From Meiothermus sp. (GTDB lineage Bacteria; Deinococcota; Deinococci; Deinococcales; Thermaceae), in NCBI GenBank assembly GCA_033762915.1, contig JANRLD010000050.1, positions 31,332 through 95,331 of the forward strand: 64,000 nt of DNA, given 5' to 3'. Positions 38,246 to 48,197 of the stretch are shown piece after piece. The position numbers were made by a program, and so were the translations under genes. The notes under the pieces are model-generated. The model was not told the origin of the DNA, made no database searches, and saw only the letters and a list, made by a program, of their open reading frames with translations. Within the stretch, counting starts at the first letter, position 1. Every line of letters begins with the position of its first letter.

Positions 38246-39667
38246 ATGAGCGGTTTCAGTTTTAAACTCAACGGAAAACAGGTCGAAGTGGGTGGGCAAG
38301 ACCCCCACACCACGCTGCTGTCGTGGCTGCGCCAAAGCGGCCTGACCGGCAGCAAGGAGGGCTGTGCCGAGGGCGAGTGCGGGGCCTGCGCGGTATTGCT
38401 GCTGCGGCCCGACGGCGCGGGCTCCCGATACGAGTCGGTCAACGGCTGTCTGGTGCTGCTGCCCAGCGTGGCGGGGCTCGAGGTCTGGACGGTCGAGGGT
38501 CTGGCCCAAAACGGCGAACTGCACCCGGCCCAGCGGGCCATGCTGCAAGGCGGTTCGCAGTGCGGCTACTGCACCCCCGGCTTCGTGGTCAGCATGGCCG
38601 CCGAGTTTTACCGCAAGGATCGGGAGGGCTTCGACCTCGAGGCCCTGTCGGGCAACCTCTGCCGCTGCACCGGGTACCGCCCCATCAAAGACGCGGCAGA
38701 CTCGCTGGGCAAGCCCGGCGGGGATGACGTGCTGGCTCGGCGTCTGGAACAACCGGCGCCTACGCCGCATAACCTGGACTACACCGCCGACCCCGTAGGG
38801 GCGGGCCCGCCGCCCGCGCAAGCCCCACAGTTCCATCGGCCTGTTGCGCTGCCGCAGGTGTTTGACCTGCTGGCCCGGTTCCCGACCGCCAAACTGGTCG
38901 CGGGGGGGACGGACTGGGTGGTCGAAGTTAACCAGCGCTACTCCAGAGCCCCCGTCCAAGTAGACCTCTCGCAGGTTCCCGAACTAAGGGGCCTGAGCTG
39001 GGCGGACGATGAGCTCGAGATCGGCGCGGGCCTGACCCTCTCGGAGGTCGAGCACCGGCTGGCGGGCCGTGTCCCTCTGCTGCACCAGCTATTGCCGCTG
39101 TTCGCCTCGAGGCTGATCCGCAACCGGGCCACCCTGGGGGGCAACATCGGCACCGCCTCGCCCATCGGGGACTCGCCGCCCGCGCTGCTGGCCCTGGGGG
39201 CCTCGCTGGTTCTGGCCAGCGCGGCGGGCGAGCGGGTCGTGGAGTTGGACAAGTTTTTTGTCGGCTACCGTCGGACCGTGCTCGAACCCGGCGAGCTCAT
39301 TAAGTCCGTGCGTGTCCCCCTGCCCCTGATGACCGAGGCCCGCTTCTACAAGGTGGCCAAGCGCCACGTGGACGATATCTCCACCGTGGCGATGGGGGTG
39401 GCGATGCGGCGCGGGCGCGGGGGTGCGGTGGAGGCTATCCGCATCGGGCTCGGGGGCGTGGCGGCCACCCCGGTACGGGCCTACAAGGCCGAGGCCGCCC
39501 TGCTGGGTCAGCCTTGGGACGCCCGCGCCGTCGGCCGGGCCGCCGAGGTCATCCGGGCCGAGTTCAGACCCATCGACGACCACCGGGGCAGCGCCGCCTA
39601 CCGCACCGCGATGCTGGGGAGCCTGCTCGAGAAGTTCTACGCCGAGACCTCGGAGGTGCGGGCATGA
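38246..39667 (+). CDS. xdhA: Xanthine dehydrogenase small subunit (2Fe-2S + FAD)
   Basis: GSKEGCAEGECGAC, SQCGYCTPG, GNLCRCTGY, AGGTD, IRNRATLGGN. Confidence 0.93.
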   Translation: MSGFSFKLNGKQVEVGGQDPHTTLLSWLRQSGLTGSKEGCAEGECGACAVLLLRPDGAGSRYESVNGCLVLLPSVAGLEVWTVEGLAQNGELHPAQRAMLQGGSQCGYCTPGFVVSMAAEFYRKDREGFDLEALSGNLCRCTGYRPIKDAADSLGKPGGDDVLARRLEQPAPTPHNLDYTADPVGAGPPPAQAPQFHRPVALPQVFDLLARFPTAKLVAGGTDWVVEVNQRYSRAPVQVDLSQVPELRGLSWADDELEIGAGLTLSEVEHRLAGRVPLLHQLLPLFASRLIRNRATLGGNIGTASPIGDSPPALLALGASLVLASAAGERVVELDKFFVGYRRTVLEPGELIKSVRVPLPLMTEARFYKVAKRHVDDISTVAMGVAMRRGRGGAVEAIRIGLGGVAATPVRAYKAEAALLGQPWDARAVGRAAEVIRAEFRPIDDHRGSAAYRTAMLGSLLEKFYAETSEVRA

Positions 39668-39746
39668 GGGCCGTGAGCGGGGCCGTTCCCCGGCGGGCGG
39701 GTGTGACCAGGGTCGCCGGTCGGGCTGCTGGACATGAGGTGTCGAG

Positions 39747-42050
39747 ATGAAGGTCGTTGGTAAGCCCGTTGTGCATGAGAGCGCCGAACTGCACGTGACC
39801 GGCGCGGCGATCTACACCGACGACCTGGCGGGTCGGTACCCCGGTCTGCTGCACGGCTGGCCGGTGCAGGCCCCGCACGCCCACGCCCGCGTCACCAGAC
39901 TGGACACTTCGGCGGCGTACGCGGTGGCCGGCGTGGTCAAAGTCCTCACCGCCGAGGACGTGCCGGGCGTTAACGACTCCTTCCTCAAGGGTGACGAGCC
40001 GATCTTTCCCGCCGAGGTGATGTACCACGCCCAGGCGGTCTGCTGGGTGCTGGGCGAGAGTGAGGAGGCCGCCCGCCTCGGTGCGGAGAAGGTCGTGGCC
40101 GAGTACGAGCCGCTGCCCGCCGTCCTGACCATCCAGGAGGCCATCGCCCGGGGTAGCTTCCAGGGCTCCACGCTGCACGCCAGACGCGGCGACGCCGATC
40201 AGGGACTGCGGGACGCGCCTAAGGTTCTGGAGGGCGAACTCGAGATCGGTGGACAGGAGCACTTCTACCTCGAGACCCACGCCTCGCTGGCTTACCTGGA
40301 CGAAGCAGGTACGCTCTTCGTCCACTCCTCGACCCAGCACCCCAGCGAGACCCAGGCTGTCGTGGCCTACGCGCTGGGCCTGCCCAAGAGCCAGGTGGTG
40401 GTGCAGTGCCTTCGCATGGGCGGTGGCTTCGGCGGCAAGGAGACCCAGGCCAACCCCTACGCCTGTGTGGCCGCGCTGGGGGCCAAGCTAACCGGGCGAC
40501 CGGTGCGTATCCGCCTCAGCCGGCTGCTGGACATGACCCTCACCGGTAAGCGCCACCCCTTCTACGCCCGGTTCAAGGTCGGCTACACCGCAGAAGGGCA
40601 ACTGCTGGCATTAAAGATGGAGCTCTACGCCGACGGCGGCTGGTCGCAAGACCTGTCCGAGCCGGTGCTGGCCAGGGCGGTCTGCCACTCCGACAACGCC
40701 TACTACATCCCCCACATGGACGTTTTGGGCAAGGTCTGCCAGACCCACAAGACCTCTCAGACGGCCTTCCGGGGCTTCGGCGGGCCGCAGGGCATGGTTT
40801 TTATCGAAGAGGTGGTGGACCGGGTGGCCCGCAGCCTGGGGCTACCCCCCGACGCGGTGCGCGCGCGCAACTTCTACCAGGAGGGCCAGGAGACCCACTA
40901 CTTCGAGCCGGTCAAGGACGCCGGCCGCATCCAGCGCATCTGGGACGAGCTGAAGGCCAGCAGCGCGTACGCCGAGCGCCGCACCGAGATCGACCGCTTC
41001 AACGCCGCCAGCCCCAACCTCAAACGCGGCCTGGCCATCACCCCGGTCAAGTTCGGCATCTCCTTCAACCTGACGGCCTTCAACCAGGCCGGGGCGCTGG
41101 TGCTGATCTACCAGGATGGCTCGGTGCAGCTCAACCACGGGGGCACCGAGATGGGGCAGGGGCTCTACACCAAGATGCGCCAGGTGGCCGCTCAGGCCCT
41201 GGGGGTCAGGCTCGAGGCCGTCCGCCCCATGCCTACCCGTACCGACAAGGTGCCCAACACCTCCGCCACCGCCGCCTCCTCGGGGGCCGACCTCAATGGC
41301 GGCGCGGTCAAGGACGCCTGCGAAAAACTCAAGGCCCGGCTGGCGGCAGTGGCGGCCCAGCAGTTGGGGGTCAATCCGGAGGATGTGGTTTTTGAAGAGG
41401 GGAGGGTCTGGAGCATCTGGAACCCCGAGCGGCAGCTCGAGTTCGTGGAGATCGTCAAGAGAGCCTATAGCCAGCGGGTCCAGCTGTTCGCCGACGGCTT
41501 CTACCGCACGCCGGGGCTGCACTGGGACAAGGAGCGGATGTACGGCAAGCCCTTCCACTACTACGCCTACGGCGCTTCCGTCACGGAAGTCGAGGTGGAC
41601 CGCTTCACCGGCCACTACACCTTCCGCCGGGTGGACATCCTGCACGACGTGGGCGACTCGCTCTCGCCGCTGGTGGACCTGGGGCAGGTCGAGGGCGGCT
41701 TCATCCAGGGGCTGGGTTGGCTGACCCTCGAGGACCTGCGCTGGGACGCCAAGGGCCAAGTCGCCACCCGAACGGCCAGCACCTACAAGCTACCCAGCTT
41801 CGGCGAGCTGCCGGCGGTCTTCAACGTGAAGCTGCTCGAGCGGGCCACCGAGCCGGGCGTGGTCTACGGCTCTAAGGCCGTGGGCGAGCCGCCCCTGATG
41901 CTGGCCATCTCGGCTCGAGAGGCCCTGCGCGACGCCGTGGCCGCGTTCGGGAGCGGCGGGGTCGTGGAGCTTGCCTCCGCCGCGACCCCCGAGGCTGTGT
42001 ACTGGGCCATTGAGAACGTTCGCGCCCGCCAAGGCGTGGCTGCAGACTGA
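39747..42050 (+). CDS. xdhB: Xanthine dehydrogenase molybdopterin-binding subunit
   Basis: GQEHFYLE, RMGGGFGGKE, AFRGFGGPQG, GTEMGQG, SKAVGEPP. Confidence 0.95.
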   Translation: MKVVGKPVVHESAELHVTGAAIYTDDLAGRYPGLLHGWPVQAPHAHARVTRLDTSAAYAVAGVVKVLTAEDVPGVNDSFLKGDEPIFPAEVMYHAQAVCWVLGESEEAARLGAEKVVAEYEPLPAVLTIQEAIARGSFQGSTLHARRGDADQGLRDAPKVLEGELEIGGQEHFYLETHASLAYLDEAGTLFVHSSTQHPSETQAVVAYALGLPKSQVVVQCLRMGGGFGGKETQANPYACVAALGAKLTGRPVRIRLSRLLDMTLTGKRHPFYARFKVGYTAEGQLLALKMELYADGGWSQDLSEPVLARAVCHSDNAYYIPHMDVLGKVCQTHKTSQTAFRGFGGPQGMVFIEEVVDRVARSLGLPPDAVRARNFYQEGQETHYFEPVKDAGRIQRIWDELKASSAYAERRTEIDRFNAASPNLKRGLAITPVKFGISFNLTAFNQAGALVLIYQDGSVQLNHGGTEMGQGLYTKMRQVAAQALGVRLEAVRPMPTRTDKVPNTSATAASSGADLNGGAVKDACEKLKARLAAVAAQQLGVNPEDVVFEEGRVWSIWNPERQLEFVEIVKRAYSQRVQLFADGFYRTPGLHWDKERMYGKPFHYYAYGASVTEVEVDRFTGHYTFRRVDILHDVGDSLSPLVDLGQVEGGFIQGLGWLTLEDLRWDAKGQVATRTASTYKLPSFGELPAVFNVKLLERATEPGVVYGSKAVGEPPLMLAISAREALRDAVAAFGSGGVVELASAATPEAVYWAIENVRARQGVAAD

Positions 42051-42092
42051 GGGACGAGTTTTCCCTTCGTCCGCTCCCCGTTGCCCCAAACT

Positions 42093-42956
42093 ATGCGCTG
42101 GTTCGAGCACCTTGCCCGCCTCACGGAACAGAGAGTTCCGCTGGTGATGGTCACGGTCGTCTCTGTGCGCGGCCACGCGCCCAGGGAGGCCGGGGCCAAG
42201 ATGCTGGTCACGGCGGACGGGGTGTTCGGGACGGTGGGCGGGGGGAACCTCGAGGCCACCGCTGTCGAAAAGGCCCGCGCGATCCTGGGGGTTGGCCCAG
42301 GGGAGATGCGCCAAACCCTTGGGCGGCAGCCCCAAACCCTGACCCTCCGCCTCACCGATAAGGCCGACGGCCCGTTCGGGGTGCAGTGCTGCGGTGGCGA
42401 GGTCGAACTGCTGCTGGAGCCGGTCTTTTCCAGCCGTCCCGCCGTCGCGGTCTTCGGGGTCGGGCATGTCGGGTTAGCGCTGGCCAAGGTGCTCTCGATC
42501 TTCTCGATAGAGCTGTGGCTGGTCGACAGCCGGGCCGAGATGCTGGCCGAGGAGCGCCTCGAGCCCCTCCGCCACGACCAGGCCGAGCTCAAGGTCCACC
42601 ACGCCCCCATCCTGGATGGCGTGGTGACCGACCTGCCAGCCGGCTCGCTCCTGCTCATCATGACCCACGACCATGCCGAGGACCTGTTCGTGCTCGAGAC
42701 GGCCCTGCGCCGCGCCGACCTCGGCTACGTCGGCCTGATCGGAAGCTCGGTTAAGTGGGCCAACTTCCGGCGCAAGCTGAAGGGTCAGGGCTTCTCGGAC
42801 CAGGACCTGGCTCGAGTCACCACCCCCATCGGCATTCCCGACATCAGGAGCAAGGCCCCCGAGGCCATCGCGGTCGCGGTGGCGGCGCAGCTGGTCCCGT
42901 TCATTCTCGAGGGCGCTGTCGAGAATCAGAGGTCGGTGAACGGCGGCGGGCGGTGA
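42093..42956 (+). CDS. xdhC: Xanthine dehydrogenase accessory protein
   Basis: GHAPREAGAKM, GTVGGGNLE, QCCGG, MTHDHAED, GLIGS. Confidence 0.93.
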   Translation: MRWFEHLARLTEQRVPLVMVTVVSVRGHAPREAGAKMLVTADGVFGTVGGGNLEATAVEKARAILGVGPGEMRQTLGRQPQTLTLRLTDKADGPFGVQCCGGEVELLLEPVFSSRPAVAVFGVGHVGLALAKVLSIFSIELWLVDSRAEMLAEERLEPLRHDQAELKVHHAPILDGVVTDLPAGSLLLIMTHDHAEDLFVLETALRRADLGYVGLIGSSVKWANFRRKLKGQGFSDQDLARVTTPIGIPDIRSKAPEAIAVAVAAQLVPFILEGAVENQRSVNGGGR

Positions 42957-43051
42957 GCGACCGCGGCAGAGCTCAGACCCCACCGCCCGCGCTCCGCCGG
43001 CCCCAATTGTGGCCCCTTCCCACTTCTGGGAATTCTCCTTATGATTCCCCA

Positions 43052-44581
43052 ATGGGTCAGCCGCTGTTGCGACTGCACAACATCACCAAGCGTTTTCCAG
43101 GGGTGGTCGCCAACGACGGCGTGAGCCTCGAGGTATTCCCCGGCGAGGTCCTGGCGCTGTTGGGCGAAAACGGCGCGGGCAAGTCCACGCTAATCTCGAT
43201 CCTGTACGGTCTTTACCGCCCCGACGAGGGCGAGATTCTGCTCGAGGGCCGCCCCGTCCGCATCGCCTCGCCCACCCACGCCCTCAGGTTAGGTATCGGG
43301 CTGGTGCCGCAGCATCCGATGCTGGTCAACCGCCACACCATTGCCGAGAACCTGGCCCTGGGCATCGGCAACCCCCTGTTCCCCAGCCAGCGCATCGTCC
43401 CGCTGATCGAGAAGATGAGCCTGGCCTACGGGCTGCAAATAGACCCTAAGGCCCCGATCCACACCCTGTCTCCGGGCCAGAAGCAGCGCGTGGAGATCGT
43501 GCGCTCGCTGCTGCGCGGGGCCAAGGTCTTGATCCTCGACGAGCCAACCAGCGTCCTGACGCCCCAGGAAGCCGAGGCGCTGTTCGCGGTGATGCGCGGG
43601 CTGCGGGCGGCGGGCAAGAGCCTTATCTTCATCTCGCACAAGCTCGAGGAAGTCCTGGCCATCTCCGACCGCTGCACCGTGCTGCGGCGCGGCAAGGTTG
43701 TGGGCAGCATCCCCACCTCCGAGGCCAGCAAGGCCAGGCTGGCCGAGATGATGGTGGGGCGCAGCGTCAGCTTCGATCGCAAGCGGGCCGAGCCGAGGCT
43801 GGGCGGGAAGCTGCTCGAGCTCAGCGGCCTGAAGGCCAGCTCGAGCCGGGGTCTGCCTGCGTTGCGCGGGGTGAACCTGCAACTGCGCTCCGGCGAGATC
43901 ATCGGGGTGGCGGGCGTGGCGGGCAACGGGCAGAGCGAGCTGGTCGAGGTACTCTCGGGGCTGCGAAAGATCGACGGGGGAACCGCGACCTTGGGGGGTC
44001 AGCCCCTCAGCGCCGGCCCGGCCCAGCTCTTCGCGGCGGGCGTGGCCCACATTCCCGAGGACCGCATCCACATGGGCACCGTCCCCAGCATGACCGTGGC
44101 CGAGAACCTGGCCCTGCGCGAGTACGCCAAGCCCCCGCTGGCCCGGGGCATCCTGTCCGACTCGAGCGCCCTCGAGGCCAACGCCCAGGCCAAGGTCAGG
44201 GAGTACGCCGTCGCCACCCCCAGCATCCACACCCCCAGCAGGTTGCTCTCGGGCGGGAATATTCAGAAGGTGATTCTGGCCAGGGAGCTGGCCGGTCAGC
44301 CCAAGCTGATCCTGGCCGTCCACCCCACCTACGGCCTCGACGTGGGCGCGACCGAGCAGGTCCACAAGGTTCTGCTGGACAAAACCTACGAGGGCGCGGG
44401 GGTGTTGCTGGTCTCGGAAGACCTGGACGAGATCCTCCAGCTCGCCGACAGCGTTGCGGTCTTGTACCACGGCGAGCTAAAGGGGCCGTTCCCGGTGGGC
44501 GAGGTGACCCGAGAGGAGCTGGGCTTGCTGATGACCGGTTCGCAGGAGGCGGGAAGCGGGGGGCGGGAGGCCAGGGCATGA
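43052..44581 (+). CDS. Nucleoside/purine ABC transporter ATP-binding protein (two NBDs)
   Basis: GENGAGKST, LILDEPT, LSGGNIQK. Confidence 0.92.
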   Translation: MGQPLLRLHNITKRFPGVVANDGVSLEVFPGEVLALLGENGAGKSTLISILYGLYRPDEGEILLEGRPVRIASPTHALRLGIGLVPQHPMLVNRHTIAENLALGIGNPLFPSQRIVPLIEKMSLAYGLQIDPKAPIHTLSPGQKQRVEIVRSLLRGAKVLILDEPTSVLTPQEAEALFAVMRGLRAAGKSLIFISHKLEEVLAISDRCTVLRRGKVVGSIPTSEASKARLAEMMVGRSVSFDRKRAEPRLGGKLLELSGLKASSSRGLPALRGVNLQLRSGEIIGVAGVAGNGQSELVEVLSGLRKIDGGTATLGGQPLSAGPAQLFAAGVAHIPEDRIHMGTVPSMTVAENLALREYAKPPLARGILSDSSALEANAQAKVREYAVATPSIHTPSRLLSGGNIQKVILARELAGQPKLILAVHPTYGLDVGATEQVHKVLLDKTYEGAGVLLVSEDLDEILQLADSVAVLYHGELKGPFPVGEVTREELGLLMTGSQEAGSGGREARA

Positions 44582-45669
44582 ACAAAGCTTTCCCCGGCCT
44601 TCGGCTGGAGTACGACCCCAACCCGCCCCGCTCCCGCGTGGCCCTGGTCTTCGCCCTGGCCATCCTTGCCGCGCTGCTGGCGGCCAGCCTGATCTTCTGG
44701 GCCTACGGGGTCAGCCCCGTCAGGGCCTACGCGACCATCTTCGAGGGCACCCTGGCCGACCCCAACGGCTGGGCCACGGTGCTGCGGCGGGCCATCCCGC
44801 TGCTGCTGATCGGGGTTGGGCTGACGCTGGCCTTTCGCGGGCAGTTCTTCAACATCGGGGCCGAGGGGCAGATGGCGATGGGGGCGATGGCGGGCGCGGG
44901 GGTTGCGCTGTTCGTGCCGCTGCCCGCGCCCCTGACGCTGCCGGCAATGTTCCTGGCGGGCTTCGCGCTGGGCGGGCTGTACGCCCTGATCGCGGCATAC
45001 CTCAAGGCTCGAGTGGGCGTGAACGAGATCCTCACCACCCTGATGCTCAACTACATCGCCTACTACATCGTGATCTATCTGGTGACCGGGCCGTGGCGGG
45101 GCAAGAGCCTCTTCGGCTTCGCCTTCACCGACAGCTTCCCCCCCCAGGCCGTGCTGCCCATGATTCCGGGCACGCTGGTACACTGGCCCACCCTAATCCT
45201 GGGCGTGGTGCTGGCGGTGCTGCTGCAGCTGCTGCTCAGCCGCACCACCCTCGGCTACGAGATTCGGGTGGTGGGGGAGAACCCCAAAGCTGCGCAGTAC
45301 GCGGGCATCAATATTGGGCGTACGGTGCTGCTGGTGGCGCTACTCTCGGGCGGGCTGGCGGGCCTCGCCGGGGTGGGGGAGGTGGCCAGCATCCACAAGA
45401 AGCTGCTCGACCCCTCCAACATCACCTTGGGGATGGGCTTCACCGCCATCATCGTGGCCTACCTCACCCGAGGAAACCCCGTCCTGGCCATCTTCACCGC
45501 CTTCCTGATGGCGGTCATCTTCGCCGGCGGCGACGAGATGAAGATCTCCTTGCAGATGCCCTTCCGAGTGGTGGACGTGTTCAGCGGCCTGATGCTGCTT
45601 TTCCTGATCGCCAGCGAACCCCTAGCCAACTACCGCCTCCGGCGGGGAGGTTCCGATGCAACTCGATGA
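44578..45669 (+). CDS. Nucleoside ABC transporter permease
   Basis: FNIGAEGQ, NEILTTLMLNY. Confidence 0.9.
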   Translation: MNKAFPGLRLEYDPNPPRSRVALVFALAILAALLAASLIFWAYGVSPVRAYATIFEGTLADPNGWATVLRRAIPLLLIGVGLTLAFRGQFFNIGAEGQMAMGAMAGAGVALFVPLPAPLTLPAMFLAGFALGGLYALIAAYLKARVGVNEILTTLMLNYIAYYIVIYLVTGPWRGKSLFGFAFTDSFPPQAVLPMIPGTLVHWPTLILGVVLAVLLQLLLSRTTLGYEIRVVGENPKAAQYAGINIGRTVLLVALLSGGLAGLAGVGEVASIHKKLLDPSNITLGMGFTAIIVAYLTRGNPVLAIFTAFLMAVIFAGGDEMKISLQMPFRVVDVFSGLMLLFLIASEPLANYRLRRGGSDATR

Positions 45670-46519
45670 AGTCACCGCGGCCTTTCTGCGGATGCTGATC
45701 TTCAGCACCCCTATTCTGCTAGCGGCCCTGGGCGAGATCATTGCCGAGCGCTCGGGGGTGGTGAACCTGGGGGTGGAGGGGATGATGGCCGTGGGGGCGC
45801 TGGCAGCCTTCGCCGTCACCAACGGCACTGGCAACCCCGTGCTGGGGGTCGTGGCGGGCGTTCTGGCGGGTGGTTTGGCGGCCCTGCTGCATGCTTTCGT
45901 CTCGGTGACCCTGCGGGCCAATCAGTTCGTTTCCGGCCTGGCGCTCGCGATGTTCGGGATCGGGCTGGCGGGGCTGCTGGGCAAGCGCTACGAGGGGCAG
46001 CCCGTGGCCGTGCAGATCCCCGAGCTGGTCTTCACCCCGATCGCCATCCTGCTGGCACTGGCGGTGTGGTTCGTGTTCTATGTGACCCGCGCAGGTCTGA
46101 CCTTGCGCTCGGTCGGGGAGAACCCCGCCGCCGCCGACGCGCTCGGGATTGACGTGGCCCGGGTGCGCTACCTGGCCGTGGCGATCGGCGGGATGTTCGC
46201 GGGCATGGCGGGGGCCTTTTTGGCAGTGAGCTACCGCTCGAGCTGGACCGAGGGCATGACCAACCAACTCGGCTGGATCGCGGTGGCGCTGACCATCTTT
46301 GTCTCCTGGCAGCCCATCCGCGCCATCTTCGGCTCGTTTTTCTTCGGGTTGCTCTACTACCTGTCCTTCGCGCTGCAAAACACCCCCATCCCCTCGGTCT
46401 TCCTGCAGGCCTTGCCCTACGCGCTGGTGATCGTCGTGCTGACCCTGGTCTCGTTGCGGCGGGGCCAGGGCAGTGCGCCGGAGGCTCTGGGCTTGCCCTA
46501 CCAGCGAGGGCAGCGCTAG
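45656..46519 (+). CDS. Nucleoside ABC transporter permease
   Basis: ERSGVVNLGVEG, GENPAAAD, APEALG. Confidence 0.9.
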   Translation: MQLDEVTAAFLRMLIFSTPILLAALGEIIAERSGVVNLGVEGMMAVGALAAFAVTNGTGNPVLGVVAGVLAGGLAALLHAFVSVTLRANQFVSGLALAMFGIGLAGLLGKRYEGQPVAVQIPELVFTPIAILLALAVWFVFYVTRAGLTLRSVGENPAAADALGIDVARVRYLAVAIGGMFAGMAGAFLAVSYRSSWTEGMTNQLGWIAVALTIFVSWQPIRAIFGSFFFGLLYYLSFALQNTPIPSVFLQALPYALVIVVLTLVSLRRGQGSAPEALGLPYQRGQR

Positions 46520-46949
46520 GGCAACCCTCGCGGGCGAACAGGCGCTGGGGCCTGTGACCCGCTCTGCTTTGCCCCAGGGTAAAGCGGCCACCGGCCTGGG
46601 CGGTGTGGCTGGCCTGCCGCTGCGCAGGGCGAACGGGGCGCAGTTCCCCCAGCAGGTGTAGTGGGGCCGTCCCCGCCAGGGCCACAGCCCTCCCCCCGAA
46701 TCATCCGCAGAGATGATCGAGGGGCTTCGCCCAGAGACAGTCGAAGGGCCAACCTTGCCGGATGGCCTTCCTGATGGTCTTGCGAATCCTGGGTGGTGCG
46801 GCGTTTGCGGGGACTGGTACGGCCTGAATCAGCTCCGCACCTGCCGTGTCGCCGGCTCGAGTGGGGTCGGGGCTGAGAGACCGCCCTTGCCACCTCATCT
46901 CAAAACTGAAAGAATGTGGGCAGGGCTGCGAAGCCCGCCCCCCAACCCT

Positions 46950-47915
46950 ATGAAAACTGACGTGCTTCACCACCACTGGCTGCCTGTGGCGATGTCCGCC
47001 GAGCTTCAGGCCAAGGGCAAGATCGCGGCTCGAGTGCTGGACGAGGACGTGGTGCTGGTCTGGATGGACGGCAAGCCCGAAGTCTGGCAGGACCTCTGCA
47101 TTCACCGGGGGGCCAAGCTCTCGCTGGGCAAGCTCTCCGAGGGCCGCCTGACCTGCCCCTACCACGGCTGGGTGTACGGCTCGGGAGGCCGCTGCTTGCG
47201 CTTCCCAGCCCACGCCAACCAGACCCCGCCCGCCAAGGCCGCCGCCAAGGTGTATGCAACTCGAGAGGCCTACGGGATGGTCTGGGTCTCTATGGGCGAG
47301 CCCCAGGCCGAGCTTCCGCCTTTCTACGAGTGGGGCCAGCCGGGCTTTAAGCAGGTCATGTGCGGCCCTTACCGCTTCAAGGCCAGCGCTCCCAGGGTCG
47401 TCGAGAACTTTCTCGACGTGGCCCACTTCCCCTACGTCCACGAGGGCTATCTGGGCGACCCCCAGTTCCCCGAGATTCCCGACTACGAGGTCGCGGTGAA
47501 CGGCCCGCACATCGTCGCCAAGGACATCAAGGTGTATCAGCCCAACCCCGACGGCACCGGGGTGGGCCGCTACGTCAGCTACACCTACGAGGTGCTGGCC
47601 CCGTTGGCAGCCTACTTCGTCAAGAAGGACGAGGGCGGCCAGGTCTTCTCGATCTTTATGGCGGTCACGCCACACGGCGAGCTCGAGTCCAGCGGCTGGT
47701 TCTACGTCGCCATGAACTATGGCGAGATGACCGACCAGCAGATCCGCGACTTTCAGGACACCGTGGCCTACCAGGACCTCCCCATTGTCGAGTCCCAGCG
47801 CCCCGAACGCCTCCCCCTCGACCTGCAGGCCGAACTCCACCTCCGCTCCGACCGGGTGGCGATCGCCTACCGGACGATGTTGCGGGAGCTGGGGGTGGGT
47901 TTCGGGACCGCGTGA
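46950..47915 (+). CDS. Rieske non-heme iron oxygenase (methylxanthine N-demethylase / HpxD / VanA-like)
   Basis: CIHRGAKLSLG..CPYHGW Rieske motif, ENFLDVAHFPYVH iron motif, QDLPIVESQRP..DRVAIAYR. Confidence 0.85.
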   Translation: MKTDVLHHHWLPVAMSAELQAKGKIAARVLDEDVVLVWMDGKPEVWQDLCIHRGAKLSLGKLSEGRLTCPYHGWVYGSGGRCLRFPAHANQTPPAKAAAKVYATREAYGMVWVSMGEPQAELPPFYEWGQPGFKQVMCGPYRFKASAPRVVENFLDVAHFPYVHEGYLGDPQFPEIPDYEVAVNGPHIVAKDIKVYQPNPDGTGVGRYVSYTYEVLAPLAAYFVKKDEGGQVFSIFMAVTPHGELESSGWFYVAMNYGEMTDQQIRDFQDTVAYQDLPIVESQRPERLPLDLQAELHLRSDRVAIAYRTMLRELGVGFGTA

Positions 47916-48076
47916 TGAGTCCTGGCCCCGCGCTTCTCGTCCTCCCTCGAGGTATCCCTTGCGTCGGGGTCGGCAGTGCGGGGGCCGCGTCGCTCGGGCG
48001 GCGCCGCCTGGGACTCACCTGCGAGGCCCGGGGGTCGTCGGGCCTGGGGCTCTATTGCAACATGCGCTACGAAAAT

Positions 48077-48085
48077 TGGTAGAAT
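48077..48085 (+). promoter_or_regulatory. Extended -10 promoter TGnTAGAAT upstream of the BMP gene
   Basis: TGGTAGAAT in an AT-rich intergenic region; TTGCAA further upstream. Confidence 0.5.
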
Positions 48086-48197
48086 CATCTCGCTGGATTG
48101 GAAGTTATTCGAAAACCAATCCGTATGCTGGTCAAGTGATGGGAAAAACCTTAACAGTTGGTCGGTTTTTTTGGGGCAGTGCTCGAGGAGGAGTGGG

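Noticed and set aside
46520..46949. N-terminal extension of the Rieske protein, or a decayed gene
   Set aside because: The Rieske domain starts at 46950; no frame in this gap gives a recognisable protein
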